From NCBI GenBank assembly GCA_977017645.1, contig OZ360220.1, positions 153,822,001 to 153,886,000 of the forward strand: DNA of 64,000 bases. Direction: 5' to 3'. Positions 25,190 through 39,519 of the stretch are shown in pieces; within the stretch, counting starts at the first letter, position 1, and each line of letters starts with the position of its first letter. Origin of the DNA: Torpedo marmorata. Taxonomy: Eukaryota. The notes under the pieces are model-generated. The model was not told where the DNA came from, searched no databases, and worked only from the letters and a program-made list of their open reading frames with translations. The translations under genes and the position numbers were made by a program.

Positions 25190-25760
25190 AATAACATAAG
25201 ACGTAGGAGCAGAAATAGGCCATTCAGCCCACCATGTCTGCCGCACCATTCAATCATGAGCTGATCCATTTTCCCACTAAGCCCCACTGTCCGGCCTTCT
25301 CCTCATAACCTTTGATGCCCTGGCTAATCAAGAACATACAATCTCTGCTTTAAGTTCACCCAATGACTTGGGCACAACAACCGCATGTGGCAACAAATTC
25401 CACAGATTTACCACCCTCTGGCTAAAGAAATTCCTCCGCATCTCTCTTCTAAGTGGATGCCCTTCAATCCTGAAGTTGTGCCCTCTTGTCCTAGACTCTC
25501 CCACGATGGGAAACAACCTTTCTACATCTACTTTGTCCATGACTTTCAACATTCAAAATGTTTCAATGAGATCCCCCCTCATTCTCCTACATTCCAAGAG
25601 CCAAGAGCTGTCAAACATTCCTCATATGATAACCCTTTCATTCCTGGAATCATCCTTCTGAACTTCCTCTGAACTCTCTCTAACTTCAGCACATCCTTTC
25701 TGAAATGAGGAGCTCAAAGCTGCTCACAATCCTCCAAGTGAGGTCTCACCAGTGCCTTCT
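25190..25760 (-). mobile_element. CR1 LINE 3' fragment
   Basis: ORF 25328-25552 (ESRTRGH...RRNFFSQRVVNLWN); LVRPHLE motif near 25740. Confidence 0.88.
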
Positions 25761-26636
25761 GAATTATTGCAATGTTGTGAATTTTTCTCAAGTATTTAGG
25801 CTTTTGAAGTTTGATTTGCAAGGTGTTTGAAATTATTATCTTGAACTGATGTACAGAATTTAATATGCATTTACACATTTGAAAACATTCCTCTCTTTGT
25901 GAGTTGTGCACCGTTATTTCATGTAGGATGTAGCCATTTTGTGACATTAAATCTGCTTCCACATCATAACATTTTGGCTATTTCACCCCCATTCTAACCA
26001 CTTATTGTACCCAATCAAAACCGTTGTTTAGTTTTGTCCCCATAAAACTTGTGATTTAATTCATCAAAAATAAAAAAAAACCAAGCATTTTAAGTTCTCA
26101 GTCAGCCTTGTTTGTAAATGTTATATTTGAATGCCTGCCTTCAGTTGGCTTTTTTTTTACTTAATAACTACTTTTGTCTCTGCACACAATGTTCTTTGAG
26201 AAATTGGTTGTTGTATCACCACAGTTAGATGACACTAATATAAGAACATGATTGACCACATTTCACAAACAATCTGATCTAATAAAATCACGCAGTGTTG
26301 TTCTAAATAACTGCTGCTTTAAACGTTCTATAGCATTCTCATACTAAGTGATGTTAGATAAATCAGCTTTTTAAGTGTAACCAAATTCGACACCACTACC
26401 TTTTTTTAAGAATACAGTATTTGTATCAGATTCTTTTTATCCTTATTTTGTTCAGCTGGTGGTCCAGAAATCTGTTCTGTATTCAATCTTCTTTTAGAAT
26501 GCTGCAGAAGAGCTGAGTTTCAGAGGGCTTAAGAGTATTTTATGTGTTCATTCCATTAAGATTTATAAAGTGTGTCAAATGGTTGATATAAAATCACTTA
26601 CACAACCCACTGGTTTATATCCTCGCTGATTCACAG

Positions 26637-26774
26637 GTATCTCGGGAGAAAAGGTGGAGATAGACCCTGTTACTAATCAGAAGGCGAGCACCAAGTTCTG
26701 GATTAAACAGAAACCCATTTCAATTGATTCTGATCTACTCTGCGCTTGTGACCTTGTGGAAGAGAAGAGTCCAA
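26637..26774 (+). CDS. MAPKAP1: MAPKAP1/SIN1 internal coding exon (PH domain)
   Basis: Acceptor ttcacag|GT and donor CCAA|gtatgt; 138 bp, phase 1-1. Encodes (G)[45 protein letters not shown], nearly identical to SIN1. Not in the ORF track. Confidence 0.97.
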
Positions 26775-29700
26775 GTATGTAGTATCTTTGTGTTCTATAA
26801 ATGAGTGCACACACTCAAATAGAAAAATTAGAGCTGCATATTGTCCACAGGTTTAATAATAGATAAGAGAATGGTGCCTATGATGCATTATTTTATCTTT
26901 TGGATTACTAGCTGTAAAACTGTTATGTTACTGAAATCAGTTACTAAATTTTCAGCGCCTGAAGGTTGAGCAATATTTTGTCACACTCTGCAGTGGTACC
27001 CAGTTAATCTGTCAGAGTTGGCTGGTGATAAACCCAGACACATTTAAGTTGAGAATTTAATAAGGTCTGTGGCTAACAATCAGTTACTGGTGTTCCAACA
27101 TCAGTTAAGTGATTTCTTTTTATTGTACTCCTATTTTTAAACAAATTTGTAGCAGAATTGAACATAAAGTTGTAGTTGGAAGAAGTTAGTGGTCCATTGT
27201 TGTCTATACCTGGATAAATAATTTGATAAGTATATTTGTTGAAGATAAGTGAAGAAAAATAACATGCAAGATTTTGGTCTTGTGGTTTTTAGTTCTTTAA
27301 TGGTGCTTGCTGAATTAAGCTGCATCATTTCAAGATATCTAGTCTACTGAAGATGCAGTTTTGTTCAAAGCTCACAGGAGGGAAACACAACTTTACATGT
27401 TTGGGGGATCTGTTTAAAATGAAACAGGATTGTTATACTTATGAATTTACATCCTCCTCGGCCTCTACAAGAAATCCAGCCTGCTGTCTGTGACGTTGCA
27501 TTAGCCACTGCATCATGAATGGTTCAGAGGGAGGTACATTTGTGTCTCTGTCAGAAGTTAATTTGCTATTTTATGTTAAAGGTTAAAAATCTGAAATCTG
27601 AGTTTTGAAAAAAATGGTCAAAATGTAAAATGGTTATTTCTAATGTGATGTGGCAGTTGGAACTTGCTGTACAATCATTACACCAACAAAGCTTCAAAGC
27701 AAACAATTTCAAATACTTCCAAAATATCTGATGTACCTTGTGTGCAATGAATTACATTAAATTTTAGTCAGAGAAATTTGTAAATTTAGTAAGATCTCGC
27801 AATTTGATGATTTGCATGGTCAAATTTGTCATTTTTATGGCCATTGGCATGTTTGTTTTCTTTAATGCCACAGAATAGTCAGTTGGAGAATTTTGGATAA
27901 TAAATTGCAAAACATATGGACGCAAGGAACTTGCCTTTTTATCAGCTTTAAAAACATTTATTTGAAATACTTTGACACCTTTTTTTCCATATTAAGGGTT
28001 CATAATAATGCATGTTGATATTTAATGGTGCCAAACTCCTCCATATCAATGCACGTTTAGCTTATTGTCTTTACGGAATAATATTGACATTTCCAAACAT
28101 AGTGAATTGAATTTTAAGGACCATTGCAGCCTATAGCCTATTTGATTCCTTTTTTATTTTGAAGGACAGTGGTCTTAATCAGTAATTATTTGGTGCATCT
28201 CACAGTACAGTCAGTATTAAACTCATCCAAAAGCCACCTTTCAAAATCCAGACAATAATTAAATTGCTTCATGATTGGATTTACAACATGCACGCGCACA
28301 CACACTTGGTATTGCACTATTTAGAAATGTTAGTATGCTAATATACTTGTCAAGCCTTGATACTGGATGAAAGATTGCTTTGTTTCAGTCTGTTAAATGC
28401 AACAAAGACGTTTCATTTCTTTTTCTTTTGTGAGCACTACATTATTTGGTTAAATCCTGCTCATTAATTGGATGCAGTACATCATGTGACCTTGATCTCT
28501 TCAATTGTTATCATTCCTTTTGCTGCAGAGGGGCTTAGCAGAATGTTAACCTGATAATGGTGACTGGACCCTCTAGTAGTGCCCCATCATATAGTTTTCT
28601 ATTGAGCAGTTCTGCTTGACTAGCTAAGGAAGGTGGCAAGAAGATTAATGATGGTAGGCTAATACAGGAGGGTGTACCTTTCCAAGACTTCCACCACAGC
28701 GATATTAGAGCTCAACCAGAGCTTGGCTTTTTCCTTAACCTGTGACCTTTAACCCTCCCTCACCGTTGAGATCTGTCACTAGAGCCGACGTTTTGATTGA
28801 TGTTCCTACAAGAGTCGGTCCTTTTCATTGAATTTCACATCTGCACAAAAATAGCTTCCCTTGCAGAATTCATGCTGGCTGTTAGTGATAGCAAAATTGA
28901 TGGCAGAAATGTTTTTATGTTGTTTTCATTTAAAACCAAAGATATTTGACATGCTAATATCGTATTGTGCCCTGCAATACCCTATTATGGAGTTCATTCT
29001 GTTTAGTGTAATTAGTGCCTGGAATCTTGCCGTAATATGGATTGCACTAGAAGTAAACTTTAAAAAGATGTAATCCTAATTCATTTAATATACTGTACAG
29101 TTAGTGTTTACTGGCTTCCCACTAATGCTGTCCTCCAGTGTGGCATATTGGATGTGTAATAAGTTCACAAATTAACTGCCAATTTTTCTGGCAGTGTTAA
29201 CTCAGCTGCTTTGTGAAATGGGCAAAAAAATCCTTTTTTAAGAAAAAACTTAACATAAGTAATCCTGAGGTGCTGTTTGGAGAGAACCAAATGCCAGATT
29301 GGCATGGGTCCAGGTTTTAAATCTGCATTTGGATTATTTGGGTTGCTTTCACAGTTGTCAGACAAGATAATCTATACTTGAGCCCTGGTGCCAATTTGTT
29401 GTTTTTGGCAGCATACAAAAGCCACATGCAATTTCCCCTGAAATGCACTCCCCTGTTTGTGCGATTTTATCCATGTGAGATGGTGTACCGCAGAAGAACT
29501 ACTGGGACTGGTGAGAGCTAAATAAAGGTATTCCCAGCCCACCCCTCCCTGCATCACCTCGCCCGCCACCCCTTGCCACCATTTCCGCCTGTTCTAAGTA
29601 TTTTTTCCTCACTTGTGTTGGAGGCACTTTTTTCTTGCCGGAATTTGCAAACATTTTTTAGGACAAGGCTCTGAATTGTCCAGATTTGCGTTGAGGAATC

Positions 29701-31964
29701 TGTTTTCACCTTTGGGTTGTGAAGTACTGTCCTTCCAAATGTTGTTGACAACACCCATCTCGCATCCTCATTCTTACAGCTGATTTAAGTTGGCATTTTA
29801 ACACTTCCTTGTGTTTGTGCCAGTTCATATGCTGTTGGCACTGATTTGAGGTTCTCTTGTCGTCGTCTTAGCTATAATTCAATTTAGTTCAGAATTCTGA
29901 TTAACCAGTTGTGATTTCCATGGCGACCACAGGACATTCTGCTTTGATTTGCTGTTGTCATTGTAAATCCTAACCAATTAGCAAATACGTTAATAGTATT
30001 TGGATACTGTACTAACTGCTTTCCACTGCTGTGTTATTTATTAAAAGTGACAATGATTGGTAATATAGTTAGGTGGGTGGAGGGTGGCCAGAAGGTGAGG
30101 AGCTGACCAAGATTGTTCTTGTGCATGTCCAAGTGGCTGTCAGCATCGTGGAGCTCTGTGCTTAACTTGTCAGTCAGTGAGGGGAGCAAGGGACTCTTTC
30201 TTCACGAATACAAGTGATTCTCGGCCAAGTTACCTTCTTTACTCCTCTTGGCTTCCTCTTCACTGTTCTCCTTCCTTCATTTCTATCTGAAAACCATCTG
30301 GTGATTCTTAAAAATGTGTTTCAAACCATGCTGGCATTTTAAAAATAAAAACTCAAACTTAGTTCAATTTATCTGACCACCAAGCATTACATGTGGAGCA
30401 AGTTAATGTTAACTTCAGATAATTTTCCATTCTAATCAATTCCTCGTACCATCACTTGTTTAAAATAAATAACATTTAAAACCTAAGTGTGTCCTGTAAA
30501 TGATGGTACCAGGAATGGAATTAAAATAATTTTTGGGTGTGTTTGCATCATTCTTGTTACAAATATATCAGCCTTATTAAAAGAGGTCTTGACTATCCTG
30601 TCAGAACCAGCCTACCAAGATATTTTAGTTTAATTACACTATCCAATTAAAACTCCAAGCAATATTCTGATTTTCTTCTACTTGGACTTGAGTGGAGATG
30701 ACATTTACAAGCCTTGGCTTTCAAGTAGACAATAGTGTGATTGATGAGCTGCAGAAGGAATGAGGGAGGCGATTGCCATGTGGAAGAACTGCTTAGTACA
30801 CTTTGATTTATTTATCATCTGTTCCTAAAATAAGACTGGTGAGGTGATCGTGGTGGGCAGTGGGGTGTGCTGTGATTTACAAGGTACACTGCAACATTCT
30901 AAAAGGAGTCAGGTGGCAGAGGGGGAAAGCTGTAATAGAAGGACAAGGATGCAAGAATCTGCTGCAGAGTTTCGCCCTTACACAGCTAGTAATTGTAGTC
31001 TCTGCCGTTTCGCCATCGTATTAACGAGGACGTTTCAGTCACTTTGTCACAGATTGAAGCCGCCTGATCTGTTCCTGATGTATATCCTATAATGTTGGTG
31101 TGAATTAGATTAGTTAAATGAAACTGTTCCTATTAAATTGCACATAAACCTTTGTCATGCTGCTAGTGATGATTGATTTGACATCAGTATATTAAGATAA
31201 AACCTATTTTGAACTCTAGGGTTCAACTCTGAATTTAATCAAATTAACAAACTTTGTTTTAAACAGATGCAATATGTATCTTGTCTCACCTTAAGCCTTT
31301 TTTAATTATGTGCAATAGTGTGAAAATACAAAACAAAATAACTTTCAAGAATTTGACAATTCTAATGTTTTTAACTGTTCATGAATACTTTCAGCTAACT
31401 TGCTCCATACTTTCCCTGTATTATCTATGCTTAAAAAAACAAAGCTAAGTGTTCACTGAATTATTTGTAGTATTTGAAGGGAAGAACATTCAATGGGTTT
31501 GCCAGTTCATTATAATATTTCTTTCAAATCTGGTTAAATTTCATTCATTTAAATACTGCTGTACTTCACACTTGGTAATGGCTATTCACTTGTTATCCGA
31601 GGCTATGGGATCTGTCATTGTGTGCAGTCACAACCCCTTTCTTCTGTGGTTTCTACTTTCATGCTACCCATTTGGTATTCATACAGCCCTTTCTTTTTCA
31701 TAGTTTTGCTTTATTACGTCTCTTTGTCCATTCTTCACCAGATACTACCAGTATTTCCAGAATAGTACAAAAGCAAAATTCTGAGACTGTTGGAATTAAG
31801 ACATCAAAACAATGCTGGAATTGCTTACAGATCAGACAGCCACTGTGGGGAGAAACAGCCCCATAATACGTTTCCTCTCTAGGTTTTAGTTATGTATAAC
31901 CACGGGTGGTTCTATCATTGCATTTCAAAATTTTAATTGTTTAAATTTAAATTTTAAATGTTTA

Positions 31965-32195
31965 AATTTAGATATACAGCACGGTAACAGGCCCTTCCAG
32001 CCCACAAGCCCATGCCGTCCCAATTAACCTACAACCCCCATGCATTTTGAAGGGTGGTAGGAAACCGGTGCACTCAGAGAAAACCCACGCAGATACTGGA
32101 AAACGTAGAAACTCCTTACAGACAACGCCGGATTCGAACCCAGGTCGCTGGCGCTGTAATAGTGTTGGGCTAGCTGCTACGCGAACCGTGTCACG
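31965..32195 (-). mobile_element. V-SINE (HE1-like)
   Basis: Reverse complement of the 6709 family; B box and V-domain-like tgtaaggagtt...tgggtttt. Confidence 0.85.
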
Positions 32196-34353
32196 TTTAA
32201 AATGCTGATTGTAAACAAATATTAATTCTTAGAGGAATGTTACCAAAATAGGATTGCTAAACATTTAGCTGTAAGTCATTTGGAAAGATGACAAACTGTA
32301 TGTGAAGGTAGTGGAGTTATTGGTCTTCCAGCAGTACATTTAGTCTAAGCACTTGTAGACCACGACACGTAGTGTGGGAGACGTTTTATTTTCTTGGATG
32401 TCTGTGATGAATGCTGGATATCATTTTCCTCCAAATTATTTTTGTCTTCCTCCATACCAATTATTTTGAGTCCTTGCAATTTGGCTGCTGATTTTAAAAA
32501 CACAGCGTATTTTAAGAGAAAAGAAGCATGGTGGCACTGTAATTCAGTCAAACACAAGCTCGGTATGCAGCACCTGTACATGTCTAGTGGGGCTGATCAG
32601 ATAACTCACTAACCTCAGTTGTATTTAAACTGTTTGTGTCAGCAAATTTCAGCAGATTTACTGCACAACAACCTTTCTTATTGAACAGAGCACAATCAAG
32701 CATTACAAATCCTTTGGAGAAAGATATTAATCTTTTCACTGAATTTACAAAGATAACTTTTAATATATTTTTGTCAAGTTCTTTCGAATTAACGTGGTTA
32801 ATTCTTTTCTCATTGAACTTTGAATGAGAAGGTCCAAATTAAATCCTGGGGCACTATTGACTTGGCTGAGCTTTTATGAACAAGCATTTGGTCCCATGCC
32901 AAAGAAGGTGCAGGGTGGTTTGCCCCAGATTCCACTGATTACCACAGTCTAATGACTGGACTGGTGGTTCTGTGAACATGGTAGGAGACAGCAGGATAGA
33001 TTGAGCACCCACATTGAGTAGCTTGTTGACGTTCATTCTCCATTTCCCAAATGAAGTTGGAATATTGAAGAACAGCTGTTAATGTCTTCAAGCAATTAAT
33101 TTGTATATATAAAAAGTTGTGAGAAAATTATGCAAGTGTGTGACTATATTTTAGATTTTGCCACCAGTATAAAAAAGTCAGAGCAAACATAAGTGCCTCA
33201 TTAAACCAGATGTTTGAGAGCCAACATGTGTAATGAGAAAGTATCATTATTTTTTTTGTCTGGGGGGGAAAAAGTGAAGTAAACCATCCAATTGAATTTT
33301 TTGCATTTATTGTAATAACTTTTTAAATAGGATTTTCTGTAAAAATCATCCCTACTCAGTTGTAACAAAACACCACTCCATTTACATACTAATGAGCCTC
33401 TAATTAAGATTTTTTTCATTGAGACTTTTAAAATACATTGGACATTAATACCACTGGGGGCTTTTTGTCAAATGCTTTAAAAATACTTTTAAAATTATTT
33501 GACAATTTCCAATTTGGGAATTTATCTTAATGGTTAGTAAATCATAATCATGTTTAATTGCCCTTTTTACCATGAAACCAGTAGGAAACTCTAATTAATA
33601 TGTCATCAGTATGCATTTTCTCATTTCTTTTACTGAAGTATTTGTACATACCAAAAGATAAATGACATTGTTTCTGTAAATGTAAATTGTAATCTTAAAA
33701 TTATGCCATTATAGATCATGGCCCCAAAAAAGCAGCGATAGAATTTTTTGCCAAATGCCAATTTGACAATTCCCCACCCCCAGCCCCAATCTGGCAATTC
33801 TTGTTCTTGGTATCAGTTACTTAGTCTTCACATCAGATGCTTAAAATAATTTTTTAAAAGTTGGTACGATACTCATTATCTGTGAATTTATTTGAGCGTT
33901 TTTTTTTTACTCCATGAACTTTTCCAGCAAATTTCCTTCGTGACAGTTCTAGGTTTTGAAAAGTAAAAAAAAAAAACTGTAGTAAACCCACCCCTAAAGT
34001 AGACAGTCATGCATAAAGGTTTTTATTATGTTTAGATAAATTATGGCTTTAACTCGTGCATCTCTTCCAGCAAAAAAAAAATCAACTTTGCAAGATGAGA
34101 CTTCAGACATGTTGAAGAATTTTCTGGTCAGGAGTCAGGCTTAAAGGGGAGAGGGATTATGGTTGGTGTAAGAAAGCTGCCTGTATGATCCTGAGTGTCT
34201 CCTTGAATATTGTAGCTATTGTGCTTTTAACAAAATAATTGTTGAGGGAGCGATACCTGCAATTTTGAAAGCAAATCAGTTTTTTCTTAGAACTTCTATT
34301 TTCTTTCAGCTGTATGGATCCTGCTCCTTGTTCCAGTCCTGTATTGCATATTT

Positions 34354-34674
34354 GGTAAAGGTTCCATTATTGTCACGTGTGAGGGGCGCTGGACAAAATA
34401 GCGACCCTTTGTCTGCCTTACGGTAGACAAAAAATTAAAGAATTTCATGTATGTTACATTCTAAATGTAGTATTACGTGACAATAATGGAACCTTTACCA
34501 TTACCTTTAATACTACATTTAGAATGTAACATACATGAAATTCTTTAATTTTTGTCTACCGTAAGGCAGACAGAGAGTCGCTACTTTGTCCAGCGCCCCT
34601 CACAGAAACCTACAGCACCTGGTGTTCCTAGGCGGTCTCCCCTCCAAGTACTGACCAGTCCTGTGCCTGCTTAG
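34354..34674. mobile_element. 5S-derived SINE (minus strand) carrying a nested 5'-truncated copy of the same family (plus strand, about 34379-34508)
   Basis: Both parts match 44122-44356; the 5S-like segment is at 34605-34674 on the minus strand. Confidence 0.88.
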
Positions 34675-36149
34675 ATTTGAGGTCCAGCTTTGTAGAGTTT
34701 AACTACTCCAAGTCTGCATCCTCTATTTAAGATTTGGCTGTTGTCAGTTGACCTTTTCACCAACAACAGCCTTGAAAATAGCAGTGACTGTGGAGAAAAA
34801 TTGCCTAAAACTTGATTGTGTGTTTCTTTATTACTTGCAGGGGAATTCAAGATCTGGGAGTCCAACTGATCAATAAGGCCAAGTGTCCTTCAGCTGATTT
34901 AGTGCTGTAGTAAACTGATTTCAAAAAGGGCGATCTTTGCGTGTTTCTTTCAGGACTGTAGAACCCATAACTTGTCCACATCATTGATTCCTGAGACCCA
35001 ATTATTGATTCTCTTCTGGGACAGACTGCCCCAGAGGACTGAAGAATCTGCAATTGAAGTATTCCAGACAATCTGCAGTGAATGTAAGGCACTGGATTCC
35101 GAGGAATTATTCTTGGTCCTGTGCCACAACACATAAAGATTCCTTTCATCCATTGTCAGACCACTGAGTTAGAGGCAATGCTACAAGACATTGTATCACC
35201 GTTGTGGTGGAAATAGTAGTTACCTGGTAATTGGGATTGGTGTGGCCTTGAGGTACTGACCTCCTGGAGGCGAGTGCTGATAACAGTAACTTTATTTTTA
35301 AATATATTTATCACTTTCATCACACGCAAACAGCTGTCAATAAATTGTGGCTTTTTTCCCCCACTAGCACCCTGCCTCCTGGAAGTCCCTTACCTGCGAA
35401 GATACTTAATTAAATGATGTTTTTGTCACCTTGGGAGGGTGAAGGATGTTATGCAGTTGTCACTGATAAAGTTGCATATGACTATCACTTTGTTGTAAAC
35501 TCAACTGTGATTTCTAAATTTAATTAACCCTTGGGTGATATCACTCTGTTATTTTAACCTGCCTTGTTTGTGGTAGAGCATTTGTATACCATGTTGTATT
35601 ATCCTAAGAGTACTCTGCTGCTTTGTGGCAACAACCAAGATTTCTTGGATTAGTTAGGTTTTCAGTCCATCCTTGGTAACAAATGGCGAGCGTCCTGGTT
35701 AATAGAATAAAAATTCCTGCTGGCCGCATTTGAATGATAACTATGTAGTTTGATTACATGTAGGACATTGTTTGACTTGCAGAAAACTTGTGCAAACAGA
35801 ATTCTGAATAATCTGGATTTACACAAATGGTGCATTCCTGGACATAATTGATAAAGACACTTTTTAATGAGAAATAATTGCTTGTGATAACTTGGGTGCA
35901 GGTTGAAAGTGTTATAGGAATATTCACAGATTAAATGCTCCGCTCATAGAAATGGATTGAAGTTAATGTTAAAAGAAAATGTCAAACTTTGGTCAATTGC
36001 AGGAATAATGATAGGTCGGTGCTAAATTTTATTTTTATATTTAGCTGCAAAATTACTTTTGCTCACCTTTTATATGAAATATATCAGAAACGCAAAATCT
36101 GCATGAGCAAGACTAGGTTAGACAATAGGAATATAGCTGATATTCAGAG

Positions 36150-37772
36150 AACGCAGGGAATAGAATTGTACAGTTAGGATTACTTGGGAGATAGTGCTTG
36201 GAAAGCTGATTGGACTAAAGATAGATAAGTCTCCCGGACCGGATGAGGTGCACCCACGGGTTCTGAAGGAGGTGGCTTTGGAGATTGTGGAGGCATTGGA
36301 TATGATTTTTCAGAAATCAATAGACTCCGGCATGATTCCGGAGGATTGGAAGGTCGCAAATGTAGTTCCGCTGTTTAATAAAGGAGGGAGGCATAAAAAA
36401 GGAAATTATAGGCCTATTAGTCTGACATCAGTAGTTGGTAAGATTTTGGAGTCGATCCTCAAGGACGAGGTTATGAAATACCTCGAGGTGAATGACATGA
36501 TAGGTCCAAGCCAGCATGGTTTCATGAAGGGAAGATCCTGCCTGACCAACCTATTGGAATTTTTTGAGGAGATCTCAGGTAGGATGGACAAGGGAGAGGC
36601 TGTGGATGTTGTGTATTTGGATTTCCAAAAGGCCTTTGATAAAGTGCCGCATAAGAGGCTGCTTTATAAGATGAGAGCTCATGGAATTACAGGAAAGATA
36701 TTAGATTGGGTGGAGCATTGGCTGATAGGCAGGAAGCAAAGAGTGGGAATAAAGGGATCCTGTTCTGGTTGGTTGCCGGTTACGAGTGGTGTTCCGCAAG
36801 GCTCGGTGTTGGGACCGCTTCTCTTTACAATGTATATAGATGATTTAGATTACGGATTGAATGGTTTTGTGGCTAAGTTTGCGGATGACACCAAGATAGG
36901 TGGTAGGTGGTGGAGTAGGAAGTGTTGAAGAAATTGAAAGGTTGCAGAGAGACCTGGACAGCTTAGGAGAGTGGGCAAAGAAATGGCAGATGAGATATAA
37001 TGTTGAGAAATGCACGGTTGTACATTTTGGAAGAGAAAATAAACAGGCAGATGGGGAGAAAATTCAAAATTTGGAAGTGCAAAGGGACTTGGGGGTCCTC
37101 GTGCAGGATAACCTAAAGGTTAACCACCAGGTTGGATCGGCAGTAAAGAAAGCGAATGCTATGTTGGCATTCATTTTAAGAGGAATAATGTATAAGAGTA
37201 AAGAGGTGTTGATGAGGCTCTATGGGGCACTGGTGATAACTTATTTGGAGTACTGTGTGCAGTTTTGGGCCCCTTATCTTAGAAGGGATGTAATAATGTT
37301 GGAGAGAGTACAGAGAAGATTTACCAGGATGATTCCTGGAATGAGGAACGTTTAGCGGCTCTTGGACTGTATTCTTCGGAGTACAGAAGATTGAGAGGGG
37401 ATCTCATAGAAACATTTTGAATACTGAAAGGATTGGACAGAGTAGATGGAAATAAGTTTCCCTTGGTGGGTGAATCCAGGACAAGAGGGCACAGTCTTAG
37501 AATTAGAGGGTACCCATTTAGAACAGAGATGAGGAGGAATTTCTTAGAGGGTCGTGGATTTGTGGAATTCGTTGCCACATACAGCTGTGGAGGCTCAATC
37601 TTTGGGGGATTTTAAGGAGGAGATTGACAGGTATCTGATTGGTCAGGGTATAAAGGGATATGGGGAAAAGGCCAGAAATTGGAATTGGATGTGAGAACAG
37701 TTTAGCTCAGGGTGGAGTTGCGGAACAGACTTGATGGGCCGAATGGCCTACTTCTGTTCCTTTATCTTGTGA
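36150..37772 (+). mobile_element. CR1 LINE, 5'-truncated RT
   Basis: ORFs 36194-36928 and 36900-37355 (DFQKAFDKV, GVPQGSVLGP, KFADDTK); tail gaatggcctacttctgttcct. Confidence 0.95.
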
Positions 37773-37975
37773 TTACAGTGCCAGTGACCCATGTTCGAAT
37801 CTAGCAGTGTCTGTAAGGAGTTTGTACGTTCTCCCCGTGTCTGTGTGGGTATTCCCCGGGTACTCCGGCTTCCTTACACATTCCAAAGATGTACAGGATT
37901 GGTAGGTTAATTGGTGTATTTGGGCAGCGCAGCCTTGTGGGCCAGAAGATCCTGTTACCGTGCTGTATCTCTAAA
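37773..37975 (+). mobile_element. V-SINE, 5'-truncated, directly after the CR1 tail
   Basis: gttcgaatc B box and tgtaaggagtttgtacgttctccccgtgtctg V-domain. Confidence 0.85.
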
Positions 37976-39519
37976 ATTTAAAAATCTCAAATTATTTTTT
38001 AAAAATTAAAGTAAAAGGAAATCATTCTCAGGAATTTTGAGCAAATGTAAAACTACTCGAGGTAAAAAAAACTTTATCGCTGCTGCATATGGAGTGATTC
38101 GATGTGTTTATTTTATAATGTTTAGTTCCGTTCTGAACCAGATGAAATGTTCTCAGCCAATTCTTTGAGGTGGCATATAATGTAAACAGTCATGTCTCTT
38201 TTCTCACAAAGTTTGCCAGAGATTTTATTTCCAGAGAAATATGACCACTCCAGGGCTTGAAAGCATTGGTTAAGCTAGGGTTATTCTCAATTTATTTTTT
38301 GACCTATTCATTTCACAATAGTCTGATGCTTTTGACCCTTCTCTCCTGAGACGAAGGTTTGAGATCAGTGTAGTTAGCTTTTACTGCCACTAGATGTCTT
38401 GATTTTGTTTTATTGAATGGATTTTAGCTTCTGGTGCAGAACATTCTGTGAAGCATTTCCTGTCAACTTGGTGGGGGATATTTTTAATTTTGCTGTAAAA
38501 TTATTGTAAAACAAATTAAGGTTGGGATATATATCACAGGTATCTTGAAGAAATCTTTTCAATGCAGAAAATGTGAGTTTTTCTGTGGTATTGAAATGTG
38601 TGATGTGAACAGTTCAAAACCTAGTCCATTTAACCATAAGGTGTGGGAGCAGAATTCGGCTATTTGGTCCATCGAGTCTGCTATTTAAATCTTGGATGAT
38701 GTACTTTTTCCTCTTGACCCTATTGCTTTGCCTTCTCCCTGTAACCTTTTATACCCTTTGTATATTTACCCAAAACCACAACTTTAATGTGCCATCCAAT
38801 TTTGAGCTCGAAGAAAAAATCCTTTGTAGATTATTTTGGGAGGTTTATTTGATGTATTTTCGAGAGATTTCCTCGTTGATCTGTGTCCATTTATTCAACA
38901 AAAATATAACCTTTTGACCCTGCTGCAAATGGTCAAAAAATTGATACATTCATTTTTAATCCAAAGCCTGCACATTCAATCTGGGTTTTTTTTCTTGGTT
39001 TTCTTCATCGTATAAACTTTACTTGAACAGAATTTATTTCTAATTGTATTTACAGCTGTGAACTCAAACGATTTATCTTCCAATGCCCGGACACTCAGTA
39101 TCAAAGTACTTGCAGTTGACCTTCAAGTAGGCCACGAAGTTTTGCTAGCTTTACATGTGATCTGCTGTGCACCTTGTCCATGTTATCAATACAGACCAAG
39201 AAGCAGGAAAACCTGCCAGCCAGGTGAAGATTCCTCACTCAGATATGCAGAACCTAAATCAGGACGTACATGCTAATGTATAGAAGTATGGGATAAGGAT
39301 TGGGTAATGCATGTGGTGTTAAGAGCAAAGTAAAATACTTCCTGATCTCCAGCACGAGTTAGCTCATGGGATGAGGCTCCACATTTATAAAAGTACACTT
39401 TCATGGCTGGTAATGTTATTAGGCAGTAATTATAACAGATCATTCATTTAAATATGTGCTTACTGCTGTGTGCACCAGCCCCAACATTTTCACCTGTCTC
39501 CAGTGGAAATTTGATCAGC

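Noticed and set aside
39056-39222. Possible cryptic exon after tatttacag
   Set aside because: The translation does not resemble SIN1, the donors are weak, and the flanking exons already join in frame.
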